From assembly GCA_963668695.2 (NCBI GenBank), contig CAXXLQ010000004.1, positions 2,144,001 through 2,208,000 on the forward strand: 64,000 bases of DNA, in the 5' to 3' direction. Under the pieces are notes generated by a model. It searched no databases. It had not been told where the DNA came from and worked only from the letters and a program-made list of their open reading frames with translations. Shown one piece after another: positions 60,684 through 64,000 of the stretch (its first letter is position 1; each line of letters begins with the position of its first letter). A program made the translations under genes and the position numbers. The DNA comes from Vicinamibacteria bacterium (lineage in GTDB: Bacteria > Acidobacteriota > Vicinamibacteria > Marinacidobacterales > Marinacidobacteraceae).

Positions 60684-60757
60684 AGGTTGACAACCTCCCG
60701 GAAATGGTTGACAATAATGCTATAATAAGTTTCCAGCGTCAACAGTAAGGTTGTCAA
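60684..60757 (+). promoter_or_regulatory. Promoter region with repeated GGTTG(A/T)CAA operator-like sites
   Basis: Palindrome AGGTTGACAACCT 60684-60696; related sites at 60706 and 60748; TATAAT at 60721. Confidence 0.6.
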
Positions 60758-60769
60758 AAGGAGAGAGCG

Positions 60770-61804
60770 ATGACTGGAGTCCGCGCCCGAGGCGAGAAGA
60801 TCAGGCGCTTCATTCTTGAGCGTGTGGAGAAATCTCCGGGCGATGTGGTGAAAGCAACATCCGCGAAGTTTGGGATCACCCGACAAGCGGTCAATAAACA
60901 CCTTCGGCGACTTCGTGCCGAAGGTGTCCTTCGTCGAACAGGTAACACCCGCGCCAGCGCTTATCAGCTGGCTCCATTATCGCAATGGGAGTACACCTGC
61001 CGGATTGAGCCAGATCTGGCGGAAGATGTTGTATGGATGCGTGAGGTTAGGGGCGCTCTGGGCGACTTGCCAGACAACGTTCGAGAAATCTGGCAGTATG
61101 GTTTCACCGAGATGTTTAACAATGCAATTGATCACGCGGATGGCACGCACATTGGGGTTCAGATGATAAAGACCGCCGCTACCACAGAAATGATGATTTA
61201 TGACGATGGATACGGCATCTTCAAGAAGATTCAAACTGCAATGGGCTTGTTGGATGCACGACACGCGATCCTGGAGCTCTCAAAGGGGAAGCTAACAACC
61301 GACCCGACGCATCATACTGGTGAAGGCATTTTCTTCTCCTCCAGGATGTTTGATCTCTTCGACATCGTTTCCGAAGGGGTTTACTTTTCTCACGAATTCG
61401 AAGGTGCAGAAGACTGGATCATCGAAGGAGACAAGAAGTCCAAGGGAACAGCTGTGTGGATGAGGCTGAATAACCACACGGCAAGAACAACCAAAAGTAT
61501 TTTTGACCAATACAATTCCGGTGATGACTACGGATTCACAAAAACAGTTGTTCCGGTGAGAATGGCCCAATACGGGGAAGACAAGCTTATTTCCCGCTCG
61601 CAAGCAAGACGAGTACTGGCCCGCGTAGAGTTATTCAAGACCGTTCTATTCGACTTCACAGAAGTTGAAACCATCGGCCAAGCTTTTGCAGATGAGATAT
61701 TCCGCGTATTCGCCATGCAGCATCCAGAGATCCAGTTGGTTCCGATTCACGCGAACTCGGAGACGAAGAGGATGATTGCAAGGGCAACACGAGGGAGCGA
61801 GTGA
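60770..61804 (+). CDS. HTH + HATPase-like + STAS-like (DUF4325) protein
   Basis: FGITRQAVNKHL; TEMFNNAIDH, DDGYG, GEGIFFSS; LISRSQARR...FDFTEVETIGQAFADEIFR; lower GC. Confidence 0.88.
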   Translation: MTGVRARGEKIRRFILERVEKSPGDVVKATSAKFGITRQAVNKHLRRLRAEGVLRRTGNTRASAYQLAPLSQWEYTCRIEPDLAEDVVWMREVRGALGDLPDNVREIWQYGFTEMFNNAIDHADGTHIGVQMIKTAATTEMMIYDDGYGIFKKIQTAMGLLDARHAILELSKGKLTTDPTHHTGEGIFFSSRMFDLFDIVSEGVYFSHEFEGAEDWIIEGDKKSKGTAVWMRLNNHTARTTKSIFDQYNSGDDYGFTKTVVPVRMAQYGEDKLISRSQARRVLARVELFKTVLFDFTEVETIGQAFADEIFRVFAMQHPEIQLVPIHANSETKRMIARATRGSE

Positions 61805-61917
61805 CGATAGGGAAACGCGATCCCAATCGTGTGCGCGCGGCTGTTGGCGGCGGGAGAAAAGCGCGGTCGGCAGCTCAGGTGCGGGCTCATCGCGGCGGGT
61901 TCGACTACTGTCCTTAA

Positions 61918-62151
61918 CAGCCTGTGGCAAAACCCACGCGGCCCAGTTCTCCCGGTGGGGGCTCGACCGGCGATCCATCCCGGCTGAACCACTCCGCTTC
62001 GCTGCGTTCTGCGTTGCGTTTCGGTCGAAATACACCCGGGCCAGTTCTCCCGGTGGGGGCTCCTCCCTCACGCGCCTTGTCAGCCGGGCGCCTCGCCCCC
62101 ACCGGGAGAACTGGCCAACCTCGGCGCTCACGCGGGTTTCACCACAGGCTG
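61918..62151 (+). mobile_element. Family A MITE-like element, 234 bp, 3 modules
   Basis: TTAA-CAGCCTGTGG...CCACAGGCTG-TTAA (perfect 10-bp TIR, TTAA on both sides). Confidence 0.9.
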
Positions 62152-62154
62152 TTA

Positions 62155-62276
62155 ACGGTTGCAGCATCCCTCCCTTGGATCGCGTCTCGGAGCGGCACTA
62201 TCTGTCCCGTCGTCTGCCGGACGATCTGGAAGGCGCGCTGATTCCAGTCGCGCGGTCGGGATGGGGTTCGTGACAT
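62155..62276 (-). pseudogene. Small-protein 5' fragment cut by the MITE
   Basis: MSRTPSRPRDWNQRAFQIVRQTTG resembles the RPRDxNQ small proteins seen near mobile elements; resemblance only. Confidence 0.35.
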
Positions 62277-62364
62277 ACCGGCACCGTGGCAGGGTCCGTA
62301 GGTCACGTCAACCCCCGCAGAATTCAAACTGAGCCACTACCTTCTAATCCACCTTCTTTCCCTC

Positions 62365-62700
62365 AGAGCCGTCGAAGGTAGATGAAGGACAGAAGGAGAG
62401 CTAGCGAAAGCGGAACCAGGTTTCCGCCGATCATCCACCGCTCCATCCTCTCCAGCGGCTATTCCGGAAAGGCCCACCACAACGCCAGGTTGAAGCAGAG
62501 TGATCTGGCCGCGGCGGCAACCATGAACCACCCTGACGCGCGATTGGCCGGATACCAGACCTCCGGAGACGAAAGGGTTTTTGGCGTCCTGAAGCCAAAT
62601 ATGCGGTTGGGGGACCTTGCCCAGGATCATCGGTATGGACGACGCCAAGACCACTAGCGGAACGACGTAGCCGAGCAGGTGTTGGCCATATTCCCTCCAA
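62365..62700 (-). pseudogene. SdpI-family membrane protein, frameshifted
   Basis: Joined frames read IPMILGKVP/NRIFGFRTPKTLSSPEVWYPANRASGW; frameshift in a C-run and an in-frame TAG. Confidence 0.65.
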
Positions 62701-62901
62701 GTGAACCAGGGTGGCCGGGGGCGTGCTCCGCTTCAGCCCTCGTCTCCGACTGCCACCGGACACGAGCCATGGTATTCGACGACCCCGACAGTTGACAGGG
62801 GAGGCCGCCACGCGACATCCCGCAGCCGATTCAGCGCCGACATGCTCCGCTGCCAAGACCTGGAGCGCCTGAAGCCGGCTACCAAACGAACGTCAGTTCG
62901 T

Positions 62902-63186
62902 TCAGATCTCGCTGGCAGGCGCCGCCACCATCCGCGGATCAGCCAAGGGCAGGACGTCCTGCCCGGTGTGGAACAGCACCCCCCCGGCGAAGTCCGCTCC
63001 GCAGCGTTCGGCGAGCCGGGCAAGTCCCCGCCCGTCGCGAGCGGCAAAGGACGAGGAAGCCTTGATCTCGAACCCCCAGGTCCGAGCGCCGCGGGTCATC
63101 ACCAGATCCACTTCCACCTGGTCCTTGTCCCGGTAGTGCCAGAACTCGAGGTCCGGATCCGTCCAGGCCGCCTGGGCGATCAACTG
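62902..63186 (-). pseudogene. C-terminal remnant of an AAA ATPase/DUF4143 protein
   Basis: WHYRDKDQVEVDLV...GFEIKAS (PD-(D/E)xK-like), GGVLFHTG; 5' part replaced by REP-like repeats. Confidence 0.75.
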
Positions 63187-63384
63187 GGTGCCGGCCTGAA
63201 GGCCGGCGTTCCCAGCCTGCGCACCATCCTCCCTTCCGGGATTCACCCCGAGACGGGAACCAGCCCGGATGTCGGGGTTCTTCGCCGCCGTCCGCCTTCG
63301 GCGGGCTGTGCCGGCCGGAGGCCGGCGTTCCAAGCCGTCCCCGCGCTTTTTCTCCGGCCGCGATGCGCGATGCCGGTGTCAACG

Positions 63385-63446
63385 CCCCCGCCGGGAGGAC
63401 TGGGCCTCCCCGCTCTCGGTGCTTACCCGGGTTCCACCACAGGCCG
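63385..63446 (+). repeat. Right-end fragment of family A element with one variant module
   Basis: CCCGCCGGGAGGACTG...GGTTCCACCACAGGCCG then TTAA, which is the stop codon of the next gene. Confidence 0.7.
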
Positions 63447-64000
63447 TTAACGCACGAACAGGAAGTAGTCGTGCGCGGCGCGCGCCGCCTCGGCGATCGC
63501 CCGCTCCCGGTCGGGGACCGGGTCGTCCGACTCCTTGACGAAGGCGACCACCACCACGTGCCCGGCGTCTGACGGCAGGTAGACGATCCCCACGTCGTTC
63601 GTGGTGCGCCCGATGGTGCCGGTCTTGTGGGCCACCACGGTGCCCTCCGGCAAGCGGCCCTTCAGCCGACCGGCGCCGGTCTCGCACCGCTCCATGATGT
63701 CGATCAGGAGGTCCCGGCTCGCCTGCGAGAGTCCTTCCCCGTTCCAGATCTTGACGAGCAGGTCTGCCATCCCCCGCGGGGTCGCGGTGTCCCTGGGGTC
63801 CGCCTCGAATCCGTCGCGGGCCATGGCGCGATCCTCTTCGGAGACCTGCTCGTAGTACTCGGTGTAGGTCGCGCGGGTCCGCTCGCTGCGCGGCGGCAGC
63901 CCTTCCGCCCCCACGTAGTCGGTGATCAGGTCCGCCGTCGAGCGGGCCACCCGGACCCCCTCCACGCCGAGTTCCGCCATCCGGGCGGTGACCCGCTCGC
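63447..64000 (-). CDS. Class A beta-lactamase-family serine hydrolase, 3' part
   Basis: DPRDTATP, TGAGRLKGRLP, VAHKTGT, NDVGIV; SxxK and SDN motifs lie outside the window. Confidence 0.85.
   Translation of the reverse strand, partial: ERVTARMAELGVEGVRVARSTADLITDYVGAEGLPPRSERTRATYTEYYEQVSEEDRAMARDGFEADPRDTATPRGMADLLVKIWNGEGLSQASRDLLIDIMERCETGAGRLKGRLPEGTVVAHKTGTIGRTTNDVGIVYLPSDAGHVVVVAFVKESDDPVPDRERAIAEAARAAHDYFLFVR

Noticed and set aside
63447-64000. Functional antibiotic-resistance beta-lactamase
   Set aside because: Only the C-terminal half is visible and the catalytic motifs are outside the window; family membership does not show resistance.

Overview
GC-rich bacterial chromosome segment; gene content suggests an Acidobacteriota-like, possibly host-associated organism (inference only). 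Housekeeping blocks: gcvT-gcvH-gcvP, thyA-folA-ridA, an M16 peptidase pair, ggt, argR-C-D-F'-B and an ECF sigma/anti-sigma/PDZ triad. Between them lie secreted/lipoprotein loci (two matrixin + Ig-like lipoprotein modules, a TonB receptor, a subtilase), a small toxin-antitoxin-like islet, an IS3 remnant and several pseudogenes. Intergenic DNA is saturated with three repeat families: (A) a 179-bp MITE-like element; (B) a ~240-bp multi-hairpin element with a covarying stem enclosing a variable 43-47-nt loop; (C) short REP-like palindromes. The strongest unexplained signal is a 21-nt module, GCCAGTTCTCCCGGTGGGGGC (about 40 copies by manual count). It sits inside the other repeats in both orientations, adds 18-19 bp net each time, and gives MITE lengths of 179/179/215/233/234/252 bp for 0/0/2/3/3/4 modules. 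Also notable: a 1.2-kb diverged direct duplication bracketing a 9-kb surface-protein cassette, and an orphan alternative C-terminus. All calls come from reading the sequence and ORF track; no database searches were run.
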